Translations under genes and position numbers: made by a program | The notes under the pieces: model-generated | Databases searched by the model: none | Told to the model about the DNA's origin: nothing | Seen by the model: the letters and a program-made list of their open reading frames with translations, nothing else | NCBI GenBank assembly: GCA_002269645.1 | Contig: NIVC01001608.1 | Span: 1 to 64,000 of the forward strand | DNA from: Macrostomum lignano | Taxonomy: Eukaryota | Direction of reading: 5' to 3' | Length of the DNA: 64,000 nt | Shown: positions 19,101 through 30,900 of the stretch, piece by piece | How the letters are laid out: each line of letters begins with the position of its first letter | Numbering within the stretch: position 1 is the stretch's first letter

Positions 19101-20221
19101 TGTTTGAGCTCAGTCTAGCAATCCAGTGATGTTTGAGCTCAGTCTAGCAATCCAGTGATGTTTAAGCTCAGTCTAGCAATCCAATGATGTTTGAGCTCAG
19201 TCTAGCAATCCAATGATGTTTGAGCTCAGTCTAGCAATCCAATGATGTTTGAGCTCAGTCTAGCAATCCAGTGATGTTTGAGCTCAGTCTAGCAATCCAG
19301 TGATGTTTGAGCTCAGTCTAGCAATCCAGTGATGTTTGAGCTCAGTCTAGCAATCCAATGATGTTTGAGCTCAGTCTAGCAATCCAATGATGGTTGAGCT
19401 CAGTCTAGCAATCCAATGATGTTTGAGCTCAGTCTAGCAATCCAATGATGTTTGAGCTCAGTCTAGCAATCCAGTGATGTTTGAGCTCAGTCTAGCAATC
19501 CTTGGGGTCCATGGCCCAGTCCAAAACTCAAGTGGTCCCTGCAGCCCAGTCCAAAACTCAAGTGGTCCCTGCAGCCCAGTCCAAAACTCAAGTGGTCCCT
19601 GCAGCCCAGTCCAAAACTCAAGTGGTCCCTGCAGCCCAGTCCAAAACTCAAGTGGTCCCTGCAGCCCAGTCCAAAACTCAAGTGGTCCCTGCAGCCCAGT
19701 CCAAAACTCAAGTGGTCCCTGCAGCCCAGTCCAGCAACGTCACCCTGCCGGATCTGCAGGTGCGCCGGCCAGTCCAAGTCGGCTCCTCCGGATTCGTGTC
19801 GAGCAGCCGAGAGACGCAGCGTTCCCTAAGCCTGCTGAACCACTCCGCCTACGATTTCGTGCTGTCCGACCTGCTCTGGTCCGACCCGATGCACCACGGC
19901 ATGCCCTACATGAGCCCGAACGACGCCAACTGGACGTCCCTCCGAGGCTGGCACTTCAACTCGGAGCGCCAGATTGCGTACACGTTCGGCTTCGACGCCA
20001 TCGAGAAGACCATGCAGCAGTTCAACTTGGCCTGCCTGATCCGCGGCCACGAGACCAAGCCGGCCGGCTACGAGTGGCACTACCTCAAGCGTTGCGTCAC
20101 CGTCTTTAGCGCGCCTAATTACACCGGCGGCAACGCTGCCACGGTTGCCTTGGTTACCGAACGATGCAACGGCATCCGTAAGAGGAATCTCCGCATCGAC
20201 CTGGTCATGTTTCCCACCTGA
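16139..20221 (+). CDS. Divergent PP1-like PPP-family Ser/Thr phosphatase, 5 exons, long basic N-terminal extension
   Basis: Exons 16139-16437, 17079-17308, 18171-18335, 18741-18994, 19760 (or 19730)-20221, phase-consistent. Motifs TDIHGQ, GDMVDRG, RGNHE, HGGLSP, DLLWSDP, RGHE, SAPNY all present. Confidence 0.88.
16615..17025. repeat. 50-nt G/A-rich minisatellite in phosphatase intron 1
   Basis: aggccggtag recurs every 50 nt, about 7-8 copies. Confidence 0.95.
17362..17530. repeat. 20-nt minisatellite (gtcatcccagagtcacatgc) in phosphatase intron 2
   Basis: About 8 near-identical units. Confidence 0.95.
17922..18100. repeat. 22-nt minisatellite (gagtcagtgacattgagcagga) in phosphatase intron 2
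   Basis: About 7-8 units. Confidence 0.9.
18355..18560. repeat. Degenerate ~37-nt tandem repeat (cagatcccgaatgggaaatctcagatcagtaagatcc) in phosphatase intron 3
   Basis: Recurrent agatccc..ggaaatctcaga blocks. Confidence 0.75.
19022..19735. repeat. Abutting 29-nt (ctcagtctagcaatccagtgatgtttgag) and 30-nt (gcagcccagtccaaaactcaagtggtccct) minisatellites in phosphatase intron 4
   Basis: 29-mer about 19022-19500; 30-mer about 19515-19735. Confidence 0.95.
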
Positions 20222-21709
20222 ACCGTTTGACTGTGAAGTCACACGTGACTCGATTTTTTCTCGACAGGAAATAAAAAAACTACTTTTTTTCTACAAATTT
20301 TTAGTTCAATACACAGCCACACGAGAGACTGGAGGGAGTTTCCTTTTCTCTATTTAGTCAAGATGGCGCTGCTGTCGTTGTTTCGCGTTAATCTCAATCA
20401 ATTTTGGGTGGTAAAATTACCTAAACAGAGCTACTAATACTGAAAGAAGTAATATTTTAAGCGAATAGAATAATTGGGACGGGTCGGGCTCAATGAAATT
20501 CGAAGCTAATGGGCACCACGTCACAACGTGTACACACTCTGGTACGTATAAATGCAAGATACTCATTTGTACGACAGGCAGGACCGCACGCACAGCTATT
20601 CAGAAACATAAAAATGCGCATTTCGTGTTCTTCCTCCTCCTCTCTCTAGACTAGACTAGACCTGGGCTAGACTAAATTCTGAATGGCAAATTATATGGCC
20701 TTAAACTCGAAGCAGAAGAGACTACCCCCCCCCCAAAATTTTGTTTTTATGAGTCAGTTTTTTCGTCTGTCATGCTCTTCAATCCACCGAAATATTTAGC
20801 CACCTAAAATATAAATATAAAATCTAAAAATTTGCGTTAGTTTTTCAGTAATTCCAACAGTCATCGAGGACGTGCAGTCGGCCTACTAAACGCTTTAACC
20901 TTCATAGGGAAAATAATGACGGGAAATTGTTTTCAGTATACCTTGTTTGATATTTTTCTGACACTAATTGCCGAAAGTGCATGTGCTCACTGTCTAGTTT
21001 AACGTCTACTGAAGAACCAATCCTTGGACAGCTGAAGCAGAGGGACGCTACACACTCGGTTTTAAAAGAAGTGAGCTGTAGGCCTATAAAAAATCAGCTT
21101 TCTCCAGAGCACACTAAATGCACTGGCGAAACGACAAATATGCGATTCTTACCGGCCTCCAGCTCATTGCTAAGAAAGCCGAGTGGTAGCGTCCTTCTAC
21201 TGCAGTTGCCCATGTTAGGAGGACCTCTCAGCACCCCTGTGTTTCTCTGCTGTAAGCAAAGCAAAAGAGCCGCCGTAGGGGTTGGTTGAAGTGAGAGAAA
21301 ACTGACTACAGCTCGGAGAGGAGAGGAGAGAGCGGGGAGGCTGGCTGGGGCCCGAGCGGGGGCTCGGCAGGGCAGGCCTGAGCAGGGAGAGCCGAGCAGT
21401 CAAGCTGACAATGGAGCTCGGGGGTTGGGGTGGGGCTCGATTCCAAAGGCTAGGAGAGAAGAGATTGAGAGGAGGAGCCAACCATTGGTGAGCGCATTTC
21501 TTCATTTCTTCGTCGTTGTTCGAAATTCTAAATAGCTGAGAAGGCGGGCTAGGTGGTAGATCGAGTCCAAACGCTTGCTTGGAGGCTATTAATCAGAACA
21601 GAGAGCTGAAAATTTGAGTCCTTCTGGAGAGTGGACAGTTTTTAGCAGAGTAAAACAGAGCAGAGCTTTGTGGAAAGACTTTGCGTTTGTTTAACAAACT
21701 GACGGCGAT

Positions 21710-24700
21710 ATGGTGAGCATCTGGGTTTTTGCCATTCGGATTTTCATCTGTTTTCGTCTTGGATAAACAGATCAAACACAGTCACGGTCAGAGCAGACAG
21801 CACACCACTGACTGACAGATCAAACACAGTTCACGGTCAGAGCAGACAGCACACCACTGACAGATCAAACACAGTTCACGGTCAGAGCAGACAACACACC
21901 ACTGACAGATCAAACACAGTCACGGTCAGAGCAGACAACACACCACTGACAGATCAAACACAGTTCACGGTCAGAGCAGACAGCACACCACTGACTGACA
22001 GATCAAACACAGTTCACGGTCAGAGCAGACAGCACACCACTGACTGACAGATCAAACACAGTTCACGGTCAGAGCAGACAGCACACCACTGACAGATCAA
22101 ACACAGTTCATGGTCAGAGCAGACAGCACACCACTGACAGATCAAACACAGTTCACGGTCAGAGCAGACAGCACACCACTGACAGATCAAACACAGTTCA
22201 TGGTCAGAGCAGACAGCACACCACTGACAGATCAAACACAGTTCACGGTCAGAGCAGACAACGCACCACTGACAGATCAAACACAGTCACGGTCAGAGCA
22301 GACAGCACACCACTAACAGATCAAAAGCCAGTAACATTTACGCTCAAATTTCACTGACATAACATGCCGATCCGCACTACTTTTGCGCGCAGGAGCCAGG
22401 CATGGACTTTCATCAGGCGTTTCAGGCCATCGACACCGACCACTCCGGTGAAATCTCGGTCGAGGAGCTGGAAGAGTAAGTTGCTGGGGATTTTTCAGCT
22501 AACATGCAGGACTGTGAGAGCATGAGTAAAGACAGAATGAATGTAACAGTCGAATCGCTCACAAATTTGGCATTTCAAGCTACTGCAAGAAGATGAACTA
22601 CAAAGACACGTTCGTGAAAAAGTGGCTGAACCTGTTCGACGAGGACGAGAGCGGCACAATCACCTACGACGAGTATTGCAACACCCTTGGGCTAATTCCC
22701 AAACAGGAGGTCGTTGAGAAGCACAAGGTGCAGCAAACCAAGGTGAGGCTGGCTAATTTGATGCTCTGCAACAAAACTATATAGAACTTTCTAATTTTCT
22801 AATTTTGAAGGTTTTTGTTGACGATTGTTGGGAAAATAATCTTTGTCTAATAACAACAAACCAACAAAATTCGTGTGCAGCAATCCAATTTGCAATGAAA
22901 TAGAAAATTGTAATTAAATTAACCCAGTTTGTTATCGAATGAAACCAAATTGCATGCAAGTCCACCAAATTGCAGTCGAGTCAAACCAAATTGCATGCAA
23001 GTCAAACCAAATTACAATCAAGTCAAACCAAATTACAATCGAGTCAAACCAAATTACAAGCGAGTCAAACCAAATTGCAAGCGAGTCAAACCAAATTGCA
23101 ATCGAGTCAAACCAAATTGCAATCAATTCAAACCAAATTGCAATCGAGTCAAACCAAATTACAAGCGAGTCAAACCAAATTGCAATCGAGTCAAACCAAA
23201 TTGCAATCGAATCAAACCAAATTGCAAGCGGATCAAACCAAATTACAAGCGAGTCAAACCAAATTGCAATCGAGTCAAACCAAATTGCAATCAATTCAAA
23301 CCAAATTGCAATCAATTCAAACCAAATTACAAGCGAGTCAAACCAAATTACAAGCGAGTCAAACCAAATTGCAATAAATTCAAACCAAATTACAGTCGAG
23401 TCAAACCAAATTGCAATCGAGTCAAACCAAATTGCAATCGAGTCAAACCAAATTGCAAGCAACTCAAACCACATTGCAATTAAATTGCATGGAAGTCACA
23501 ACCTGCCCAAAAAACATTTCAGCAAGCTGCCGGCGGCAGCGCCAGCGGTAGCGCAGTCTCTACAACAAAAACAACTACAAAGACTACAACAAAGACGTCA
23601 GCAAAGGGATCAGCAAGCACGTCGAAGCAAGGACGCAGCCGCAACGAGGCCCTGAGCGGCACCGTGCTGATGAAGCTGAGCAGGGCGCGCATGTTCCAGC
23701 GCAAGGCCATCTACCGGCTGAAGAAGAAGCTGGCCCGCGGCAGCGGAAAATCGGCCACCGCCGCATCCGCCTCGAAGGTGCAGCTGACGGAGAAGGTCAT
23801 CGGCGGCGAGAAGAACGGCGGCAAGCGTCTGGTGCCGGACCGGCGGTCGCCGAGGAGTCTGCCAACCAGCGTGCCGCATCGCTACTCGCCGCCGCGGCCG
23901 ACCAAGTGCTTCAAGGATCACAAGCGGCGTCTGAGGGCCTCCATCACGCCTGGCACGGTGCTGATCCTCCTTGCTGGCCGGCACCGCGGCAAGCGGGTCG
24001 TCTTCCTTCGCCAGCTGTCCAGCGGCCTCCTGCTGGTCACCGGGCCGTTGAAGTTCAACGGCTGTCCTCTGCGTCGCGTTGCTCAGAGCTATGTTATCGC
24101 TACGAAGACGCGAATTGACATCAGCGGAGTCAGCCTGCCGGAGAGAGTCAACGACGCTTATTTCCGCCGGTGAGCAATACGAGCGCGTGTTGTAGTCAAG
24201 TAGTTTTTTGTTGTAGCACTGGTAGTTAGAGAGGGCTGAGGATTCTCTGTGAAAACTGAATTGACGTCTGGTTAGGACTACGGACCTAAATGTACAGGGA
24301 AGACAGTGCAGGTTCATCAGGAAAGAATACTGTCTGGGCTGGCTGTGGTAAGACTACGGGGTCATTGGGTAAGACTACGGGGTCATTAATTGAATAAGAC
24401 TACAGGGTCATTAATTGGATAAGACTACGGGATCATTGAGTAATACTACGGGGTCATTGGGTAAGACTACGGGGTCATTAATTGGATAAGACTACAGGGT
24501 CATTAATTGGATAAGACTACGGGGTCATTGAGTAATACTACGGGGTCATTGGGTAAGACTACGGGGTCATTGGGTAAGACTACGGGGTCATTGGGTAAGA
24601 CTAACGGGGTCATTCGGGCTAGACTACAAGGTCAGTGGGTAAGACTACGCAGTCATCGGGTAAGACTGGGTTCTAACAAACAGGAAATCCCCAAAGCTTG

Positions 24701-24962
24701 CACGCATTGAAACTGTGTCTCTCTCTCTGGCAGGGCCAAGCAGCTGCAGGCCAAGCGGGCCAAGCCCAGCTCAGCCGATCCGTTCGCCAAGCCGCAATCG
24801 GCCTATCAGCTGGTTGACGAGAGGCGCGAGGACCAGAAGGCGGTGGACTCGCAGGTGATGACGGCTATTCGAGCATCTCCGGACGCCAAGATGCTGGCCA
24901 GCTACATGAGAAGCCTGTTCAGCTTGAGGAACGGGCAGAAGCCGCACGAGATGGTGTTCTAG
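21710..24962 (+). CDS. EF-hand pair (flatworm TAL-like) spliceable in frame to 60S ribosomal protein eL6; fusion model
   Basis: Possible ATG-only exon 21710-21712 (ATG|gtgagc); 22393/22402-22475; 22580-22742; 23523-24169; 24734-24962. All GT..AG and frame-consistent, including the phase-0 junction 22742/23523. Confidence 0.55.
21770..22320. repeat. 45-nt minisatellite (acagatcaaacacagttcacggtcagagcagacagcacaccactg) upstream of the EF-hand exon
   Basis: About 12 units, some with a 4-nt ctga insertion. Confidence 0.95.
22402..22742 (+). CDS. Two canonical EF-hands ([24 protein letters not shown]), two exons
   Basis: [24 protein letters not shown]|[39 protein letters not shown]; resembles the N-terminus of flatworm tegument-allergen-like proteins. 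Confidence 0.85.
22940..23470. repeat. 21-nt minisatellite (aatcgagtcaaaccaaattgc) between the EF-hand and eL6 exons
   Basis: About 25 units; 7-aa periodic ORFs. Confidence 0.95.
23523..24962 (+). CDS. RPL6: Ribosomal protein eL6 (RPL6) coding exons
   Basis: [92 protein letters not shown]; intron 24170-24733. Confidence 0.95.
24345..24665. repeat. 21-nt minisatellite (ggtaagactacggggtcattg) in the eL6 intron
   Basis: Tandem units, some with aatt insertions. Confidence 0.9.
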
Positions 24963-26465
24963 GACTGTTGCTGGAATTTTGTTGCCGTTAGAGCTACGAA
25001 CTGGCTTGTGTGCTGTTTGGAACTTCTATTTTGGAAATGCTGTTCGACAAATAGATGGTTGAAATGTGCGCTCTTAGTTGACTGTGGATTTTCTCTGGAC
25101 TTTGGACTCTTTCATTTTTACTCGTAGCATCATGGCTATTGAAGCAATTGAAAGCAGTTTACAGTTACACAAATTTATGACAAAAAATGAATAAGTAAAT
25201 ACCATGACTCATCACTCATCACATAGGCAGAGCTCAGAGCATGGAGTTTAATAAGCTTACTAAAAGGCTCATCAAGTACATACTTTTCGTTGCGCTGGAA
25301 CATAACGGCGTAATTGAGGGAGGTGTGAGCCAGTCCGAGCCAGGATGCGAACAAACGATTAAATATTTTACACGAAAACGTTCTTCTCTCAGATTATTCA
25401 AGGGACGAAATGCAACGCAGAAAATATCATCTGCTTAAGCTAAAAAAGTATAACAAAAAGTTAATAATGACAATCAATCAAGGACTTATTTAATACTTCT
25501 AGTCCATTTCTGTTTTAAATGCATATTAAAGAATATAGACTTCTTTATACTGTGTTAGGCTGGCTGACCAGAGACATATTTATAGCTAATACGAGCAACG
25601 TAAAAACAGTAAGCAAAATTTATTCAGTTTATTATCTTGAGTACAACTTTAGTTTTAATTTTTCATTTTATTATGCCATACAATTTCAAAAGAGAATAAA
25701 CTGTTCTCATATCTAAAAGTTAATATAAGGTTGCTGAAATATTTCTCTAAGAATTAGCTACTGTACTTTTAAATAGAGTTCATCCGAGCGCTACGATGCT
25801 TTTCCTATGACATAGAAAACGTATTTATGTATTGTTTATATTTTTATTATTTTATTTAAACAAAACGTAACCCCTTAACAAAACCAAATAGCATCTTAAA
25901 AATATATATCTGGAACATTCTTTACATTTGTTCTTTGTTCTTTTAACACTTTAGATTTTTTGCGGTGCAAAATTGTGTAGCGTCGCAATTTAGTTTTTGT
26001 TAAAATTGACGAATAATTAGGTATTATATGTAACTGTTTTTATGATTCTTAACTGTTTGATAATTGATTAGCCAGGGGAAGTCCTCTTTAAAAACTTTTA
26101 CGAGTAGTTTTAAGGGTTTAGAAGTGCTTTATTGGCTTTTTTATTTTAGGGATGCTTTTTTGTAGCGAATTTAAACTCACTTTGCAAGCGTAATTTTGAG
26201 AAATTTTTATTACAACTATACTTGTAATTAATGGATTTGTTAGTTCCGTGACAGATAGACAAACATTTAATTAAAACTATCCTCTGCATATTGAAAATTT
26301 TATTTTTTCAACATTTACAAATGATTAATTTGTCTAAATGCCTATCTGAATATCTCTTCGGAAACCTATACATCTGTAATGGCTACTGGAGAAAAAAGAT
26401 GTTGACTGTTTGCTAATTATCAGAAAATATATATTGTAAATATTTGCAAAGCTATGCAGTATATG

Positions 26466-26906
26466 TTATGTATCATCGGCAGAAGCAGTGGCAGAATCAG
26501 TGGCAGCAGGAGCAGCGTCAGGAGCAGTGGCAGAAGCAGTGGCAGCGGAGACAGCGCCAAAACTCCTCGCTAGAGCGCGCCGACCAGCTCGATGCGCGTA
26601 CCCGCCTGGCAGCAGGCGGTCCACCGCCCAGGCCAGGTCGGCGTCTGTCAGGGTGCGCCGGCCGGCCAGACGAGACCAGGCGCCAGCGGTCTCGGCCAGC
26701 AGATCAAAGGCGCCGACAATCAGACAGTCGAGCGTTCGCACCGCCTCGCATGAGATGCGGGCGCCCGGCTGCACGGCTTGCAGAGTGGCATAGATCTCCT
26801 TGGAGAAGCTGCAATCTAGCGACCAACTTTTTGTTGATTGGCGGCGCGCGAAATTGGCGCTGAATGGCGCTAAGCGCCTCTTTCTGCTGCTACTAGAAGA
26901 AGCCAT
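26466..26906 (-). CDS. Highly divergent histone H2B-like variant, intronless, 146 aa
   Basis: SFSKEIYATLQAVQPGARISCEAVRTLDCLIVGAFDLLAETAGAWSRLAGRRTLTDADLAWAVDRLLPG aligns with the H2B fold ([59 protein letters not shown]). Confidence 0.75.
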   Translation of the reverse strand: MASSSSSRKRRLAPFSANFARRQSTKSWSLDCSFSKEIYATLQAVQPGARISCEAVRTLDCLIVGAFDLLAETAGAWSRLAGRRTLTDADLAWAVDRLLPGGYAHRAGRRALARSFGAVSAATASATAPDAAPAATDSATASADDT

Positions 26907-27254
26907 TTTTCTACTGCACGGCTCGTACGTATTGACGACCATAAATCAACTGCTTCACTGCGTTTTAGGAATGGCTGAATTGAAATGACAAACTTTCATG
27001 CAGATGGCTCGTAAAAACTGTCTATGGGGAGCTGGCCGACAGACGGGCAATTTTTACGCAATGGGCGCGACGGGTTGAGCTTCTAGTGTACATATACCGT
27101 AGGGGGGGTTGAAAATATGAGCCAATGTGTACACTCTTGCCGCAGCTTATAAGTTTTCACTTTTATTGATGTACAAAAGCTTCGGTAGTTAGGCTTTGGT
27201 CCCTGTCACAAATCAAGGCAGTAGGGTCAGCGGCAGCCAGTGAATAAGACAAGC

Positions 27255-27450
27255 AGTCAGGCCCGACTGAGCACACACACGCTCACACAGGGTGTACATC
27301 GGCCCCCGACTTTCTCATCATCAGGCATGTACACTCTTGGTGCTTTGGGGGTTGGATTGATGAAGCGCACAAGCCACAAGAATGAATGCGGCCGCGCACT
27401 GAAGCGAACCAGGGGTCGCGACGCCAGAGTCAGACGCACTTAACGCTAAG
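27255..27450 (-). mobile_element. tRNA-headed SINE-like repeat
   Basis: Head matches 9821-9898 (ggccgcgc..cgaaccaggggtc..gagtc..agct); body matches 28235-28330 (ctgagcaca..cagggtgtaca..gtacactct). Confidence 0.55.
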
Positions 27451-27943
27451 CTGAGCAACTCTCTGTGACAGAACAAGGAACTTAAAGTTAAAACTTCTGA
27501 AAAATTATGAAAACAACAAACTTAATTGAAACGCTAAACTCTTACGCTGAGTTCTGTGTTTGCGAGGAACGTAAGGGCCCACCCTAGGCATTATGCACAG
27601 TGAGTCAGTCTTATTTCTGCGTAAATGTGCATAAGTTTACCTATGTACTTAGAATGCCTCTGTGCAACCTTTCTGCTCTCCCCATCTTGCTAAAAAATAA
27701 ATAGATGTTCTCAGCGAACTTGCATCCACTCTGTGTGTCTCTTCTTTGACTTGCTATCTGCGTGCTATTGTATTGTGTATAAACTCGCTTTCTGGCGTCT
27801 CCAGTTATCAAAAGCACTCGAAGCTCTCTGCTGCGGCACCAGTTAGCAACTAATTCAACAATATTTCATAATTGCTTAACAATAATAAACCCCAGCAGCC
27901 AAAGCAGCTGCAACAAGCATAAGTCAGCTCGAACATATCTGGA

Positions 27944-30900
27944 ATGCAAAAACAGCAACGTCAACAGCAGCAGCAGCAGCAGCAGCCAGAAGAAAGCAAC
28001 CATGCTCCAGTCAGCAGACGTCAGTCAGCTTATCAGCAGGAGCAGCAGCCGAAGCAAGAGTGGATGCCGCTGCCCGACTCGCCTGGCGGCTACCCGCCTG
28101 GCCTGCGCTACCTCATGCAGGTGGACCAGCTTATCATCAAGCAGCAGAAGGAGGTGATGGAGAGTGAGTACTGGGCTCTGCATTGATTAGTTGTTTATTT
28201 AATCCAAGAGGCTTTAGGCTCTTCAGCATTACGCTGACCCCTGAGCACATACAGGCTCACTCAGGGTGTACAGCGGCCCTGACTTTCTATGAACCAGACA
28301 GTGTACACTCTGTGTGCCTTGGAGGTTGGCCCTCATGGGCATCGAATCGCAAGATAATCCCTAGGCTAATCTCCGTGCACGCGGACGGAATTGCGCAAGA
28401 GTCGGACGTGTTATTGGCGAGCCACCTCTTAACGCCATCTCTCAAATTTAAGCTTCTAAGATAAAAAAACACTTTTTTAGTATTGTGATTTATTAAGTAT
28501 TAAATAAAACTATTGCTACAAAATCGACAGTTCTGATTGGCCTGGACCTGCCTAATCAATACGTTGTGCTCAACACAATGGGTCAGCCGATCTACTTTGC
28601 CAACGAGAGTAAGTCTAGTTTGTAATGAAGCTGTTTGTTACTTCTGACTGGTTTTATGGATCAAGTGTGTCTGATAGTAGGTTAGGCTTTTGGCGTTCGT
28701 CATCAATCCAATCAAATTGGTCAGTTAGTGTTGGTCATCAATCCGATCAAATTGGTCATTAGTGTTGGTCATCAATCTTATTAAATTGGTCAGTTAGTAT
28801 TGGTCATCAGTCATATCAAATTGGTCAGTTAGTGTTGGTCATCAATCCAATCAAATTGGTCATTAGTGTTGGTCATCAATCTTATTAAATTGGTCAGTTA
28901 GTATTGGTCATCAGTCATATCAAATTGGTCAGTTAGTGTTGGTCATCAATCCAATCAAATTGGTCATTAGTGTTGGTCATCAATCTTATTAAATTGGTCA
29001 GTTAGTATTGGTCATCAGTCATATCAAATTGGTCAGTTAGTGTTGGTCATCAATCCAATCAAATTGGTCATTAGTGTTGGTCATCAATCTTATTAAATTG
29101 GTCAGTTAGTATTGGTCATCAGTCATATCAAATTGGTCAGTTAGTGTTGGTCATCAATCTTATCAAGTTGGTCAGCTAGTCTTGGTCATCAATCATATCA
29201 AATTGGTAAGCTAGTCTTGGTCATCAATCATATCAAATTGGTCAGTTAGTGTTGGTCATCAGTCATATCAAATTGGTCAGTTAGTGTTGGTCATCAGTCA
29301 TATCAGATTGGTCAGATAGTGTTTGTCTCCATCTTTCACAGCCAAGACATTTCAAATACCCTCCATTCGCAACACCTCAGAATCGAGCAGCGTCGCTCGA
29401 AACTGCTGCGGCGCGGCGCGACCATTTGAGTTGAACATCACGGACAGCAGCGGAGAGGAGGTGATCCACGTGTCCAGGCCCTACCGGTGCATGTGCCTCC
29501 ACCAGGGCCTGTCCTGCCTCAACTGTTGCAAAGACTTGGTCACGGTTGAGGCCCCGCCCGGCCAGCTGGTCGGCCAGGTCAGACAAATCCACCGCCGCTG
29601 CGAGGCCACCTACGAGATTTTGGACTCGGCTGGGGACAAAGTGCTCAGCATTGACGGGCCGAATTACTGCCACTGCTACTGTCCGGGCGACGATATTCCC
29701 TTCTCGGTGGGTTCCTATGCTGGCTTTTTAATTTAACACTTCAACCCCTGCAAAAGCTCAAAACTGCAACACCTCAACTCCTGCAACACCTCAAACCATG
29801 CAACACCTCAACTCCTGCAACACCTCAAACCATGCAACACCTCAAACCCCGCAACAGCTCAACCCCTGCAACACCTCAAATCCTGCAGCACCTCAAACCC
29901 CGCAACAGCTCAACTCCTGCAACACCTCAAACCCTGCAACACCTCAAACCCCGCAACACCTCAACTCCTGCAACACCTCAAACCATGCAACACCTCAAAC
30001 CCCGCAACAGCTCAACCCCTGCAACACCTCAAATCCTGCAGCACCTTAAACCCTGCAACAGCTCAAACCCTGCAACACCTCAAATCCTGCAGCACCTCAA
30101 ACTCTGCAACAACTCAAACCCTGCAACACCTCAAATCCTGCAACACCTCAAACCCTGCAACACCTCAACCCCTGCAACACCTCAAATCCTGCAGCACCTT
30201 AAACCCTGCAACAGCTCAACCCCTGCAACACCTCAAATCCTGCAGCACCTTAAACCCTGCAACACCTCAAACCCTGCAACAACTCGAACCCTGCAACACC
30301 CTAACCCTGCTACACCTCAAACCCTGCAACACCTCCAACCCTGCAATCAGTAATTACAGACAGCAGACATTTGTATACCCGAAAAACCAGTTTTAGTTGG
30401 ACGATCATCCAGTTTTTACACATTTATTTTTAGAACAGCAACAAAAACAGCAAGAGCATTTTTGTCTTTGTCTCTATAGCTTTGTTTCGACAATGGTAGT
30501 TTAGGTTGTCTGTACAGACTCATAAGTGTTTATCAATTTTCGCTTTGTGGCGTACGAGCTATGAGCTTAAACTCAAAAGCCATTTGGAAACCATGTTGAT
30601 CCATAATTTTATGTGTGGCGCCTTTAAATAATAAAACTATCAGGTCCGCACGCACGATGGTGAAGAGGTGGGCCGAGTCTCCCGCCAGTGGTCCAACCTG
30701 ATGCAGGAGTACTTCACAGATGCCGACAATTTTGGCATCACATTTCCAATTGATTTGCACTTAAACGTGAAAGCAACCATCATTGGAGCTTGTTTCTTAA
30801 TTGTGAGTTCAGCTCAGCTGATTGGGGTGGTGGCTCAGCTGATTGGGGTGGTGGCCCAGCTGATTGGGGTGGTGGCTCAGCTGATTGGGGTGGTGGCCCA

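Noticed and set aside
20355-20440. aagatggcg start-like motif and short ORF
   Set aside because: Only about 24 codons with no splice or homology support
23610-24317. Antisense or alternative-frame ORFs over GC-rich exons (also 972-1211, 19826-20242, 33841-34335, 26444-26863, 32971-33210)
   Set aside because: Shadows of real coding exons with no recognisable motifs
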